From Candidatus Latescibacterota bacterium (GTDB taxonomy: Bacteria > Latescibacterota > UBA2968 > UBA8231): a stretch of 64,000 nucleotides of DNA. Positions 48,282-58,706 of this stretch are shown piece after piece (positions within the stretch are counted from its first letter, which is position 1; each line of letters starts with the position of its first letter). The notes under the pieces are model-generated. The model saw nothing but the letters and a program-made list of their open reading frames with translations, searched no databases and was not told the DNA's origin. The stretch covers positions 2,336,001 through 2,400,000 of the forward strand of contig OY730476.1 in the NCBI GenBank assembly GCA_963422735.1. Reading direction: 5' to 3'. The position numbers and the translations under genes are program-made.

Positions 48282-49112
48282 ATGGAGCTGATTGGCAGGC
48301 GTTGCCTAGTGACGGGCGGGGGACGCGGCATTGGCCGGGCCATTGCCTTGGCCTTGGCGCGGGAAGGGGCGCACGTGGCGATTTTGGCCCGCACCGGATC
48401 GGAACTGGACGAGACGGCCGCGCTTTTGGCAGATCAAGGCCAAGCGGCGTTGAAATTGCGGGCGGATGTGGGGCGGCGCGGGGAAGTAGATGCGGCCATT
48501 GAGCGCGTACTCGCAGCTTGGGGTGGGGTCGATGTACTGGTCAACAACGCGGGGATTCAGGGGCCCATAGGGCGGGCGGAAGAGGTCGATCCAGAGGCTT
48601 GGATACAGGTGGTGCAGGTCAACCTCGGCGGCTGTTTTTATTGCACCCGCAAGGTCTTGCCGGCCATGATCGCCCAGCACTACGGCAAGATCATCAACCT
48701 CTCGGGCGGCGGTGCAGTGGGGCCGAGGCCCTTCTTTAGCGCGTATAGCGCCTCCAAAGCCGGAGTCGTGCGCTTTAGCGAAAACTTGGCCGGAGAAGTG
48801 GCCGAGCACGGCATTGACGTCAACGCCATGGCCCCCGGAGCGGTCAACACGCGGATGCTCGATCAACGGCTAGCGGCCGGCGCGGCCGTGAGCGGAGAGG
48901 AACGGGAGCAGGATCAGCGCCTGCTGCGCGAGGGCGACGCTACGGGCGAGCGGCCGGCTGCGCTAGCCGTCTATCTGGCCTCGGCGCGCTCAGACGGGCT
49001 GACGGGGCGGCTGTTGTCAGCGGTTTGGGACCCGTGGGAAGCCCTTGATGTCGAGGCGATTATGGCCACGGAGACCTTTGCGGTGCGGCGCGTACCACCG
49101 CAGGAGGGCTGA
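48282..49112 (+). CDS. SDR family oxidoreductase
   Basis: TGGGRGIG, NNAG, YSASK. Confidence 0.9.
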   Translation: MELIGRRCLVTGGGRGIGRAIALALAREGAHVAILARTGSELDETAALLADQGQAALKLRADVGRRGEVDAAIERVLAAWGGVDVLVNNAGIQGPIGRAEEVDPEAWIQVVQVNLGGCFYCTRKVLPAMIAQHYGKIINLSGGGAVGPRPFFSAYSASKAGVVRFSENLAGEVAEHGIDVNAMAPGAVNTRMLDQRLAAGAAVSGEEREQDQRLLREGDATGERPAALAVYLASARSDGLTGRLLSAVWDPWEALDVEAIMATETFAVRRVPPQEG

Positions 49113-49113
49113 G

Positions 49114-50133
49114 TTGTACAAGGTAGGGATCGTCGGAGCGGGGCGCATGGGGCGGCGGCGAGCGGCCACGGCCCATGCCCATCCTGCGTCCGCAGTGGCC
49201 ATGATCTACGACGAGCGCGCGGCCGCTGCGGCCGACCTAGCTGCCGAATGCGGGGCCGCGGTGGCAGCTTCGCAGGAGGAACTAGTCGCGGCCGATCTCG
49301 ATATCGCGGTGGTCGCGACGACGCACGACGCATTGGCCCCCATCAGCACCGCCGCTCTCTTGGCCGGCAAACACGTCTTGTGCGAAAAGCCGCTGGGGCG
49401 CAACCCCTATGAAGCCCGACAGGCCGTCGCTGCGGCCGAGCGGAGCGGGCGTGTGCTCAAGGTCGGATACAACCACCGCTATCACCCCGCCATCCAAAAG
49501 CTGCACGAGGTTTGCACGGCGGGCGCAATCGGCCCGATGCTGAGCATCCGGGCGCGCTATGGCCACGGCGGGCGGCCCGGCTACGACTGCGAATGGCGAA
49601 CAAATCCCGAGAAGGCGGGCGGAGGCGAGCTGTTGGACCAAGGGGCACATCTAATCGACTTGGCCAAGTGGCTCTTGGGGGACTTTGCCGAAGTCACAGG
49701 CTATGCCGAAACCCACTTCTGGGACGTGCCGGTGGAGGACAACGCCTACGGACTCTTTCGCACCGCTGCCGGGCAGATCGCCTTGCTGCATGCGAGCTGG
49801 ACGCAGTGGGAAAACCTCTTCAGCTTCGAGGTTTTCGGACGCGATGGCTATGTCTGTGCCGAGGGCTTGGGGGGGGCCTACGGGCCGGAACGCGCCGTAG
49901 TAGGGCGGCGCAATCCCCAAGGCGGCGCGCCGGACAGCGAGCACTTTGACTATCCGGGCGAGGATCGCTCGTGGGAGCTGGAATGGGCCGATTTTTTGCG
50001 CGGTCTAGCCGGCGCGGGCACTCCTCATTCGCTCGGGCGGGAGGCTTTGGAGACCATCGAGTGGATTTACCGGCTCTACCGGGCAGCTACCGAGGGGCGC
50101 TCCGTGCGGCGGGAAGAATCTCTAACCATATAG
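49114..50133 (+). CDS. Gfo/Idh/MocA oxidoreductase
   Basis: GIVGAGRMG, HVLCEKP, GGGELLDQGAHLID. Confidence 0.88.
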   Translation: MYKVGIVGAGRMGRRRAATAHAHPASAVAMIYDERAAAAADLAAECGAAVAASQEELVAADLDIAVVATTHDALAPISTAALLAGKHVLCEKPLGRNPYEARQAVAAAERSGRVLKVGYNHRYHPAIQKLHEVCTAGAIGPMLSIRARYGHGGRPGYDCEWRTNPEKAGGGELLDQGAHLIDLAKWLLGDFAEVTGYAETHFWDVPVEDNAYGLFRTAAGQIALLHASWTQWENLFSFEVFGRDGYVCAEGLGGAYGPERAVVGRRNPQGGAPDSEHFDYPGEDRSWELEWADFLRGLAGAGTPHSLGREALETIEWIYRLYRAATEGRSVRREESLTI

Positions 50134-50370
50134 AAAAAAAAGAGTTGCGAATAGTATAGCCGCCGCGCTACTAGGTGCTGCGGTTATTTTTTTTTCGAGC
50201 ACGTTATTTTTCTGAAAATTTTGCGCGAAAATTTCTTACCATATAGATAGCTAGATGGCAAACACTACTTTTTTGTCATTAGAAAGGACGGGAACCCTTT
50301 AGACGAAGTAAAGCATCCTAAACCTTTTATTTACCGCATCTCAGAGACCCTTAACCCCGCAGGAAGTGCT

Positions 50371-50622
50371 ATGAGAACAGATCAGGATATCGCCCAAGTG
50401 GAACGCATTGCGATGGCTTATCGACGCCTTGCTAATGCTATGATTCTCAGTACTTTACGCGAAATATCCAAGATGGATGAGGTCGTGGAAACGCCCGATG
50501 GTACCCCGGAGATGGCCTTTGTCGAAAGCTCTAGGATCGATCCTTGGTGCGAGTTGGCCGGCCTCGAACCCGAAATTGTGCGCAAGGCCGCTAAACGGCT
50601 GATTGAGGAACGACCTTTTTAG
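50371..50622 (+). CDS. Small hypothetical protein (83 aa)
   Basis: AGGA RBS, AT-rich upstream region, own terminator. Confidence 0.6.
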   Translation: MRTDQDIAQVERIAMAYRRLANAMILSTLREISKMDEVVETPDGTPEMAFVESSRIDPWCELAGLEPEIVRKAAKRLIEERPF

Positions 50623-50643
50623 TACAGCACAGCACAAACCAAC

Positions 50644-50681
50644 AAAAAAAGCTCCGGGACGAACACTCTCGGAGCTTTTTT
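50644..50681. terminator. Bidirectional intrinsic terminator
   Basis: AAAAAAAGCTCCG...CGGAGCTTTTTT between convergent genes. Confidence 0.85.
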
Positions 50682-50685
50682 GCGT

Positions 50686-52692
50686 TTAGTAGCCAGCGCG
50701 GAGCGTGGCGCGGGCTGCGTGGTCGAGGAGGCCGTGTACCACCTTTTCGGCATCGCGGTGGCGCAGATCCTCAAAGCGCAAGGCCCAGACGTGGTCTCGA
50801 TACGCCATGTTGCGCAGTTCGATGAGGACCTTGACGTCAGCGGGGTTGTTGCGCAAGACCCCTAGCCCCTGCCCGCGGATGCGGGCACCAGCCCCTAATG
50901 CCGGGAGTAGGGAGTGGGCGAATTGGCGCGAGACGCGATCTACGCGCCCACTCCTGCTGCTTTTGTAGTATAAAACCAGCGGTGCTTCTGGGGCCTTAGG
51001 TTCAATATCAGCGTGAAAAGAGAGAAAGATGCGCCGGCCCCGAGGCGCGTTGGCAAAGGCCTGGCGGGCAATGCGCACGCGAGTCGAAAGATTGTTGCCG
51101 CGCGGCCAAGCGCTGAGCTTGTTGGTCTGATTGTAAGCAGCCAAGTTGTACACTTCGTTCTTTTCGTTGACAAAAGTTTGGGTCGGCGGCTCGTTTTGGC
51201 GGATTAGGTGATTGGGGCTGAGGAGGGTCATGGTGGCGTGGGCCCCGTGCAAGCGCACCAAAACATAGACTCTCAGCGCGATGTCGAAGACGTACTCGTC
51301 CTCGACGACATAGAGCCTTTTGCCGTTGCCGTCGCGGGTGGAAACCACCGCCCCCGGGTCCAGACCACCGTGCCCCGGATCGAGGACGATGTGCCAGCCT
51401 TCCAATCGAGAGCTCAAGCGCCCCATGCGCCCGACCTTGCTCTCGAATTCCCGCCACAGGCGTATTGCTTGGCGATAGGTCTGGCGCGGCGAGCTTGGGT
51501 GGCCCTCGTAGTAGGTCTTGCTCGGCTGGCGAGCATTGCGGGGCCGGGAGAAGTAATAAGGGCCGTTGCCGAATGCGATTTTCGGCGCGTCTGCGCGGTG
51601 GATCTGCAGGTCGTCCCAATTAATCTCAGACAGTTCCACCCAGCGCATTGGGCGCACCTTGAGCCGGTCGCCCGGGTGGATGAAGGCGTTTCTCTTCAAT
51701 TTGTTGATGCGGGTGATTTCAGCCACGCTCATCTGGTGCAGCCGGGCGATCTGCGCCAGGTAATCGCCCCGCTGCACCACGTACGTAGCCAGCCGCGGAC
51801 CGCTCGTGGGAGCGGCACTCGGTTCGAGTTTCTGGTCTGGATAGAGCTTGAGTTCTTGGCCTGGATAGATGCGGTTTGACCTGAGGCCGTTGAGCATCTT
51901 GAGGCGATAGACGCTGATGCCGTACGCGCGGGCAATTTCCCACAGCGCGTCCCCGCGCTCCACGATGTGTACCGTGCTCTCCGCGTCTTTGAGGCGGAGC
52001 TTTTGGCCGATGAGAATCCGGTCGCCAACAAGGGCGTTGAGGCGGCGCAACTGGCCGACCGAGACTCGGTAGTGCTTGGCGATCTCTGTCAGTGTTTCGC
52101 CCTCATGCACCACGTGGACGGCTTCCTCTAACCGCGAAGAGCGCAGGCGGAGTTTTTGCCCGGGCCGAATGAGGTCGCTTTTGAGCTGGTTGAGCTGGCG
52201 CAGAAAACTCAAGGCCACGTCAAATCGCAGGGCGATTTTCGAGAGCGTGTCGCCCCGGCGAACCGTGTATTCGCGCGGCTCTTCGTCGTGGTCGTCGGCC
52301 AAGGTGCTCCGAGCGGGCGCGGTCGATTGCAAGCGGAGCTTCTGTCCGACGTGGATGACGTCCCCATCGAGGTGGTTGATCGCCTTGAGCTTATAGACCG
52401 AGACAGCGAACTGCCGAGCGATCTTAGAGAGGGTGTCACCGCGCCGGACGCGATACCAATCGCCGCTTCGCGCTGGAAGCCCAACTTTGAGGCTTTGGCC
52501 AGCGTATATCCTACTGCTGCGGAGCTTGTTCCAGCGCTTGATTTGCCTCTGCGAGACTCGGTAACGCGCAGCAATCCCAGAGAGAGTCTCCCCTCGTTTG
52601 ACCACATGGACGATTGGACTCTTGCGCTCGGCGGCGTCAATTGCAAAAGCACACAAGAGCAGCGCCACCAGGATATAGACCGGGCGCGACAT
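50686..52692 (-). CDS. Six-LysM N-acetylmuramoyl-L-alanine amidase (Amidase_3)
   Basis: Six (H/Y)xVxxG(D/E)xLxxIA repeats, VLDPGHGGLDPGA, LSFHAD, VLIEL. Signal peptide from MSRPVY. Confidence 0.88.
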   Translation of the reverse strand: MSRPVYILVALLLCAFAIDAAERKSPIVHVVKRGETLSGIAARYRVSQRQIKRWNKLRSSRIYAGQSLKVGLPARSGDWYRVRRGDTLSKIARQFAVSVYKLKAINHLDGDVIHVGQKLRLQSTAPARSTLADDHDEEPREYTVRRGDTLSKIALRFDVALSFLRQLNQLKSDLIRPGQKLRLRSSRLEEAVHVVHEGETLTEIAKHYRVSVGQLRRLNALVGDRILIGQKLRLKDAESTVHIVERGDALWEIARAYGISVYRLKMLNGLRSNRIYPGQELKLYPDQKLEPSAAPTSGPRLATYVVQRGDYLAQIARLHQMSVAEITRINKLKRNAFIHPGDRLKVRPMRWVELSEINWDDLQIHRADAPKIAFGNGPYYFSRPRNARQPSKTYYEGHPSSPRQTYRQAIRLWREFESKVGRMGRLSSRLEGWHIVLDPGHGGLDPGAVVSTRDGNGKRLYVVEDEYVFDIALRVYVLVRLHGAHATMTLLSPNHLIRQNEPPTQTFVNEKNEVYNLAAYNQTNKLSAWPRGNNLSTRVRIARQAFANAPRGRRIFLSFHADIEPKAPEAPLVLYYKSSRSGRVDRVSRQFAHSLLPALGAGARIRGQGLGVLRNNPADVKVLIELRNMAYRDHVWALRFEDLRHRDAEKVVHGLLDHAARATLRAGY

Positions 52693-52808
52693 AGAATAAT
52701 ATTTGGAATTGGACAACAGGAGAAGGGGTGTTGTAAGTATAAGGCTATTAAGGGCATAGCGCAAAGACTACTTGCTGGCGACAGAGGGGCAACCTATACT
52801 TCGCCCCC

Positions 52809-54191
52809 ATGCACGAAGCGAGGCTGCCCTCGGTAGATCAGATGCTCAAGCAGGTCGCCGACCTCTTGCGAGAGTACGACCGCGCCTATGTCGTCGAGCA
52901 GGTGCGCCGCTGCATTGCGGACGTGCGTCGCCAAATGCGGGCGGGCACTGTGGACGAGGAGCGGGAGGCCCTAGACTTGCGGGTCGAGCGGGCCGTGCGC
53001 TGCTGCATCAAGCGGGAGGCCGTGCCCCGGCTGCACCGCGTCGTCAACGCTACCGGCGTGGTGCTACACACCGGCTTGGGCCGTGCGCCTTTACCCCAAG
53101 CGGCCCAAGCGGCCATCGCGCGGGTGGCGACCGGCTATTGCAACCTCGAATTCGAGTTGGAGTCAGGCAAACGCGGCGAGCGCGTCGCACATATAGAGGC
53201 CCTTATATGCTCGATGACCGCCGCGGAAGCAGCCGCCGTGGTCAACAACAACGCCGCGGCCGTGCTCTTGCTGCTCGACACCTTGGCGCGGGGGCGGGAA
53301 GTGGTGGTCTCGCGGGGGCAACAGGTCGAAATCGGCGGCTCATTCCGCCTGCCCGACATCATCGCGGCCAGCGGGGCCAAGCTGCGCGAGGTCGGCACGA
53401 CGAACCGCACTCACTTGCGCGACTACGAGCGCGCCGTCGGCCCGGCGACTGGTGCCATTTTAGTGGTACATCCAAGCAATTACAGGGTACAGGGTTTTAC
53501 AGCCGAGGTGGGCTTAAAGGACCTGGCCGCCCTGAGCCAGCGCGCAGAGGTGCCGTTGGTTCACGACTTAGGAAGCGGTGCCTTGGTTGATCTGAAACAG
53601 TGGGGGCTGCCGCCCGAGCCGATAGTCGCCTCTAGTCTCAAGGCCGGGGCGGCGGTGGTTAGCTTTAGCGGCGACAAGATGCTCGGCGGGCCGCAAGCCG
53701 GCCTCATCGCTGGCCAGCGTCCCTATGTGGAGCAAGTGCGCCAAAATCCGCTGATGCGCGCCCTGCGCTGCGACAAACTGATCTACGCCGCGCTCGAAGC
53801 GGTGTTGTCGCTTTATCGCCTGCCGCCAGACAAGCTAACGCAGGCCCTGCCGGCACTGGCGATGCTGCAGGCGACCGTTGAGACGCTGGAGGCGCGCGCC
53901 CAGAAGCTGTTGTCCCTTTTGCCCGAGGCGGTCTGCCGCGCCCTCTGTCTTGAAGTGATCGAATCGCTGGCCCAAGCCGGCAGCGGGTCCCTGCCCCTAG
54001 CCGAAATCCCCAGCCGGGCCGTTGCCCTCCAGCCTAGCGCGGCCCGGGTCGAGCAGTTAGGGCACCAACTCAGGAGGCAGGGCATAGTCGGTCGCATTGC
54101 TCGCGAGCGGCTCCTGCTCGACATGCGCACCGTGCACGACGACGAGATAGAATGGATCGCCCAAGCATTGACCCAGGTCGCGGCACAATAA
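52809..54191 (+). CDS. selA: L-seryl-tRNA(Sec) selenium transferase
   Basis: VNATGVVLHT.LGRA, VNNNAAAV, EIGGSFR.PD, EVGTTNRTH, FSGDKMLGGPQAG. Confidence 0.95.
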   Translation: MHEARLPSVDQMLKQVADLLREYDRAYVVEQVRRCIADVRRQMRAGTVDEEREALDLRVERAVRCCIKREAVPRLHRVVNATGVVLHTGLGRAPLPQAAQAAIARVATGYCNLEFELESGKRGERVAHIEALICSMTAAEAAAVVNNNAAAVLLLLDTLARGREVVVSRGQQVEIGGSFRLPDIIAASGAKLREVGTTNRTHLRDYERAVGPATGAILVVHPSNYRVQGFTAEVGLKDLAALSQRAEVPLVHDLGSGALVDLKQWGLPPEPIVASSLKAGAAVVSFSGDKMLGGPQAGLIAGQRPYVEQVRQNPLMRALRCDKLIYAALEAVLSLYRLPPDKLTQALPALAMLQATVETLEARAQKLLSLLPEAVCRALCLEVIESLAQAGSGSLPLAEIPSRAVALQPSAARVEQLGHQLRRQGIVGRIARERLLLDMRTVHDDEIEWIAQALTQVAAQ

Positions 54192-54607
54192 GAGCTGCGC
54201 TGTTGCTAGCCGCTTGGCTGCTCAGCGGCTGCGGTGGCAAAGGACCCACTGCACCGCCTACACCGGCACCTGTGCCTCCCGAACCCGCCGGCCGGGCCGG
54301 GACCGTTTCGGTCGCCAACTACACAGCCTACGATCTCGAGATGGCGTACCTCAACGAAACCGATGCGGACGCGCCGCGGATTGTGCGCACCCGCGTGCCG
54401 GCTGGCCAGCGCGCGGAGGTTTCGGGCGGGGTACTGCCAGCCGGTCTAGAAGTGGAATTCGACTTGGTACTCGTGCCGCGCACGGCGGACGGGATTCGGG
54501 TGCGGCGCAAAATCGAGGTCGCAATTGACGGCGATTGGGTCTTAAGTGTGCGCTTGACGGACGAATCCGACCCCTTCAGCCTAGAGATCGCCAGCGCGTC
54601 CTCATAG
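54152..54607 (+). CDS. Lipoprotein, unknown function
   Basis: Lipobox LSGC followed by a Pro-rich linker. Confidence 0.6.
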   Translation: MDRPSIDPGRGTIRAALLLAAWLLSGCGGKGPTAPPTPAPVPPEPAGRAGTVSVANYTAYDLEMAYLNETDADAPRIVRTRVPAGQRAEVSGGVLPAGLEVEFDLVLVPRTADGIRVRRKIEVAIDGDWVLSVRLTDESDPFSLEIASASS

Positions 54608-54799
54608 GCTCAAAGAGAGGGCAACATTTTCGCTTGCTTTATCGCGAGGTGGGTTTTACGTTTAAGAACCCCGCAAAAATTTTAGCACCTTCCCCTTGCT
54701 TGTTTTTTCGTTTTTTCCATAGAGTAGTTTCTATTTTTGCTAATGTTTAGCTAGTTGTGCCAGCCGTTCGCTTTGGCACAGCTAAGAGGTCAAAAACCT

Positions 54800-55801
54800 A
54801 TGGTGTTGGACATCCGCGGCTTGCGCGAAGAAGCTGTGACGGTCGCCGAAACATCGCTAGACCAATTGCTCCAAGGCGAACAGGCCCAATTGCATCGGCT
54901 AGTGCCCAGCGCGGACGATTTGGAGCAACTCTTGACCATCGCCGAGGACTCGGACGACAGCCGACGACTAGCGGCCATCGACCTCTTAAGCCATCACCGC
55001 TCTTGGCTGGCTTCGCTCCGCATGCTGCACCGGATCGTGCGGTTGGCGCGCAAGGAGCACGACCCCCGCCCAGCCGCGGCCTTGGTGCAAGCGTTGCGCC
55101 AGTGCGACGAGGTCGCCCAATTCCTAACGAGCAAAGAGCGTGCGGTCTCCCGCGAGGCTGCGCTGGGCGTGCCGATCAGCCGCCAGACCCTCACGCCGAT
55201 CACCTCGGCGCTAGCGGCGGGCCTCCCAGCCGACATCGCGGCCGTACTCCTCGACAAAATTCGCCGCACCCATCCCTCTATGGTGCCCTATGCAGTCGAT
55301 TGCCTCCTCAAGTGCGACCCCAACGAGAGCCTTTTGCGCGCGTTCTTGGCACACTCGCCGCAGTTACCGCTCTTCGCGCTTTTCGTCGAGGCCGGGCTGC
55401 CACAAACCATGGTTTCGACCGCACAAGTCCGCATCTGGCAGCAGGCGGCGCGAATAGCCACTGAGGTCCTCCAAGAGGCTCCATCGGCCAAGCTGCTACG
55501 CCACCTGCTGAGCAAGATAAGCGAGGATGCAGCCTTCGCCCGGAACCACGCCCGCTTCCTGCACGGGATCGCCCAGCGAGCCGACACATCGTTGGACGCC
55601 GATTTAATCGGCCACTTCGAGCGACTCACCTCCGGTGCCTCCGAGGACGAGGTCGCCCGTCTGGCCCAGCTATTAGTCGGGTTGAGTAGGAGACTCGACG
55701 GCCAAGCAGGGAAGCAGGCGGCAGCCCTGCTAGAAAATTGGAAATCCCGCTCGGCCTCGCTAAAGCTCAAGATCTGCCATCTAGAACAAGGCATCCGCTG
55801 A
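54800..55801 (+). CDS. Hypothetical alpha-helical (HEAT-like) protein
   Basis: Long Leu/Ala-rich ORF with GAGG RBS. Confidence 0.5.
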   Translation: MVLDIRGLREEAVTVAETSLDQLLQGEQAQLHRLVPSADDLEQLLTIAEDSDDSRRLAAIDLLSHHRSWLASLRMLHRIVRLARKEHDPRPAAALVQALRQCDEVAQFLTSKERAVSREAALGVPISRQTLTPITSALAAGLPADIAAVLLDKIRRTHPSMVPYAVDCLLKCDPNESLLRAFLAHSPQLPLFALFVEAGLPQTMVSTAQVRIWQQAARIATEVLQEAPSAKLLRHLLSKISEDAAFARNHARFLHGIAQRADTSLDADLIGHFERLTSGASEDEVARLAQLLVGLSRRLDGQAGKQAAALLENWKSRSASLKLKICHLEQGIR

Positions 55802-55859
55802 GCATTTGTTCCAATACGAGTCTCCCCAAGGGCCGTTCGTCGACGGGCGAACGGCCTTA

Positions 55860-56933
55860 TTATTTGTGTGCGCGCCACAGCAACACCAAGGCCAAGGCGG
55901 CAAACAGCAGGTTGGCTATCCATGCGCCCAGCCAAGGCGCGAGTACCTGATTCCAACCGAGGGCTTGGCCGGCCTTGACGCAACTGTAATAAGCAAAGCA
56001 TAACAGAACCCCCAAGCCGAAGCTATTGGCCAAGCCAGCGCGGCGGGCGTTGGCACCGAGAGTCGCGCCGAGGGCGATGATGATGAAGCTGGTCAGGGGA
56101 AAGGATATTTTCAGGTGCAAATCGACTCGGTGGCGCGTAGCGTCCTCCCCGTTGAGCGTGGCGCGAGCGATGTAGTCGGCCAGCTCAGCGTAGTTCATTT
56201 CCTCGGGGTCCTTCTGCTGGCGGGCAAAGTCGCTGGGGAGCAACGACAAGCTCGGCAGGGATAAGGTATCGAAGGAAGAAGTCGCCACGGCTTCGCCCGC
56301 GGCAAAGCGAAAGCGGCGGCCTTCGCTGAGTACCCAAGTGCCCTCCCGCCATTCCATGCGCCGGGCCACCGCGCGCTCCAATGGGACATAGCCGTGCAGC
56401 CGCTCCCAAGACACTTCATCGGCGCGTTGCCGCCCCGCGTCGTAGCTGCGGGCGTACACGAACTGGTTGCCCGCGTCTTGGAGCAGGACTTGGCGGCGGG
56501 AGCCGTCGCTGCGGTGATAGGACTTAATCTCGTCGCTAATTTGATTGTACCGATAGGTGGCGGCCGGGACTACCCAGTCAGTAAAGAAAAAAGCCGCGAC
56601 CGCAACGGCTAGAGCACACGCCAAGACCGGGACTAGCAGGCGATATAGGCCAACGCCGGTGGCCTTCATGGCGGTGATCTCGTTTTGGCGCGCCAAGCTG
56701 GTCAGGGCAAAGAGCGCGCCGAGGAGCGCGGCGATGGGCAAGGTCAGGATGAGCCAGTACGGCACCCGATAGACGTAGTAGAGCAATATCTGCTTGGGGC
56801 GAGCCTCAAAGTCGATAAAAGTGTCGATGTTTTCGGTGAGGTCGATGATCACCGCAATGAGCAACAGGCTGACCACGGCGATCCCCAGACATAGCAGGAA
56901 GCGACGCGTCAGATAGAGATCGAGGGTGTGCAT
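55860..56933 (-). CDS. lptG: LPS export ABC permease LptG
   Basis: LDLYL.R.F, LP.A.L.G.L..L..L...NEITAMKATG, PEEMNY.EL, H.K.S.P. Confidence 0.85.
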   Translation of the reverse strand: MHTLDLYLTRRFLLCLGIAVVSLLLIAVIIDLTENIDTFIDFEARPKQILLYYVYRVPYWLILTLPIAALLGALFALTSLARQNEITAMKATGVGLYRLLVPVLACALAVAVAAFFFTDWVVPAATYRYNQISDEIKSYHRSDGSRRQVLLQDAGNQFVYARSYDAGRQRADEVSWERLHGYVPLERAVARRMEWREGTWVLSEGRRFRFAAGEAVATSSFDTLSLPSLSLLPSDFARQQKDPEEMNYAELADYIARATLNGEDATRHRVDLHLKISFPLTSFIIIALGATLGANARRAGLANSFGLGVLLCFAYYSCVKAGQALGWNQVLAPWLGAWIANLLFAALALVLLWRAHK

Positions 56934-56934
56934 C

Positions 56935-58233
56935 TCAGGTCTTTTTCGTCCCTCGGCGTCCAGCGCGGTCGTACGCGACTACCCGCAACAGCCCCCATCC
57001 GGCGAGGGCGAAAACCAGATTGGGGGCCCACATCGCTAAAGGCGGCGGGATATAGCCGCGGTCGGCCAATTCCTCGCCGCCGATGAGGAACATCCAGTAT
57101 ATCCAAAAGAAGAACAGGCTGACGCCGACGGAGACGGCTGCACCGCGCCGGCGAATTAGCCCGCCCAATGGGGCACCGACCAACGCGAAGACCAAGCAGG
57201 CGGCCGGGATGGATAGCTTCTTGTGAATCTCGACCAAGTATTCGTTGATCCGCCCCGTGCGGCGGTCTATGTGCCGCCACTGTCGGCGCAGGGCCTCGGC
57301 CGCCTGTTGCCCTTCTCGCTCTAGCTCGCCGGCCGTGGAGTCGGCGAACTGGCTTTGGTGAAGTTTGAGGTAGCGCGTGGCAATCGAATCGAGGTGGCCG
57401 TAGGCGCGCTCTTGCTCTCGGCGGTGCTCTAGCACCGAGCGGCGCATGGACGCAATGTTTAGCTCGCGGTCGCTGCGGTAGGACGAGGGGCGGTGCTCGT
57501 AGCGGCGGCGCTCGTCCTTGATGTGCAGCACTTGACGGGCAAAAGTGCCGTAGAAAAAGCGCTCCTCTAGGCCGGATTCGACGCGCTGGACATGGCTTTC
57601 CTCCAACTCCAAGCGGATGTAAGCCCCATCTCCCAGTAGCGCGAGGCGGCCCCTGGGGGCGTGGAGAATCACCGGCGGCCCGGGGCGCGAGGCGTCGTAG
57701 AGCGCGATGCCAGCCAACTCGTTAGTCGCCGGGTCAATCTGGCGGATGAGCAGGTGATAATCGCCCAAGTTGGGTATGAAGACCCCTTCCTTTTTCCGCA
57801 GCACTAAGGCCGCCTTCGTCCGTTGCAAGCTCGACGACAGGACGCGAGCTTGGTGGTTCCAGTCCGGGAGGATCTGGTCGTTAAAAAGGACCATCAGCAG
57901 GGTGAGCAGAAAAGCGGCTATAAGCACCGGCCGCAGGAGTAGCCAAAAGCTCACTCCGCAGGCTTTGGCCGCGATAATTTCCCCGTCGGCGGCGAGGCGG
58001 GCAAAGGCCATGAGCACGGCGATGAGCACGGCCATGGGCACGGCCAGAGCTACAATCCAAGCCAAGTTGAAGAGCAAAAGCTGGAGGGCGGCCAGCAGGG
58101 TCAGCCCCTTGCTCAGCACTTGGTCCATCGTCTGCAATACGACGTCGATTAGCAGGATGAAAAGGATCAGCGCAAAGCCGAGCGCAAAGGGCCAGCCATG
58201 TTCTTTAAGCACGTAGCAGGACAGGGTCGTCAT
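56935..58233 (-). CDS. lptF: LPS export ABC permease LptF
   Basis: YVLKE...PF, PMAVL.A.L..F.RL..DGEI.A.KACG, EIHKKLSIP.ACLVF.LVG.PLG. Confidence 0.85.
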   Translation of the reverse strand: MTTLSCYVLKEHGWPFALGFALILFILLIDVVLQTMDQVLSKGLTLLAALQLLLFNLAWIVALAVPMAVLIAVLMAFARLAADGEIIAAKACGVSFWLLLRPVLIAAFLLTLLMVLFNDQILPDWNHQARVLSSSLQRTKAALVLRKKEGVFIPNLGDYHLLIRQIDPATNELAGIALYDASRPGPPVILHAPRGRLALLGDGAYIRLELEESHVQRVESGLEERFFYGTFARQVLHIKDERRRYEHRPSSYRSDRELNIASMRRSVLEHRREQERAYGHLDSIATRYLKLHQSQFADSTAGELEREGQQAAEALRRQWRHIDRRTGRINEYLVEIHKKLSIPAACLVFALVGAPLGGLIRRRGAAVSVGVSLFFFWIYWMFLIGGEELADRGYIPPPLAMWAPNLVFALAGWGLLRVVAYDRAGRRGTKKT

Positions 58234-58379
58234 GGGTAGCAAGGGATACGGGGCTGTGGTGCGTGGCACTCAGGACACCTCGTCGCAAGCGGCGAGCACC
58301 CGGATGGCCACGGGCATAGTTCTCTCAAATATAACGACTTAGGCCATCGGCCAAAAAAACGCTCTCCGCGCCGTGCAAT

Positions 58380-58433
58380 GGGAACGGTTTTTGCAAGGGT
58401 TTCCTTGAAATAATCGCAGCCACGTGCTATGTT
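58380..58433 (+). promoter_or_regulatory. Candidate sigma54 (-24/-12) and sigma70 promoters upstream of sprA
   Basis: GGGAACGGTTTTTGCA (GG-N10-GC, 58381-58394) and TTGAAA-17 nt-TATGTT (58405-58433). Confidence 0.45.
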
Positions 58434-58706
58434 TTCAGGTGTTGTCCGCCCCGTCTGGGCAGCGTCCCCCTGTTTTTGGGTTCGGAGACAGCCTATCGCG
58501 TTTAGTTAATACAGAAGCCACTCGGCCTATGGCCGAATCACAAGTGAAGGCTTCTGGATCATTTTCGCTAAACCTCAATTGAAAGACTGCTCATTGAGAC
58601 CGCCGAGCAGCACGCCGAGAGCATTCGGCACTGGCTCGCTGTTTGACGCCCAGAACTCCCTCTCTTTAGGGCTTGGGAGCATGTCAAACGACAAACGTCG
58701 ATAGGT

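Noticed and set aside
52809-54191. Selenoprotein read-through genes near selA
   Set aside because: No in-frame TGA at a Cys-equivalent position was found. The TGA in the IS5 remnant replaces a Trp. No selB, selC or selD in the window.
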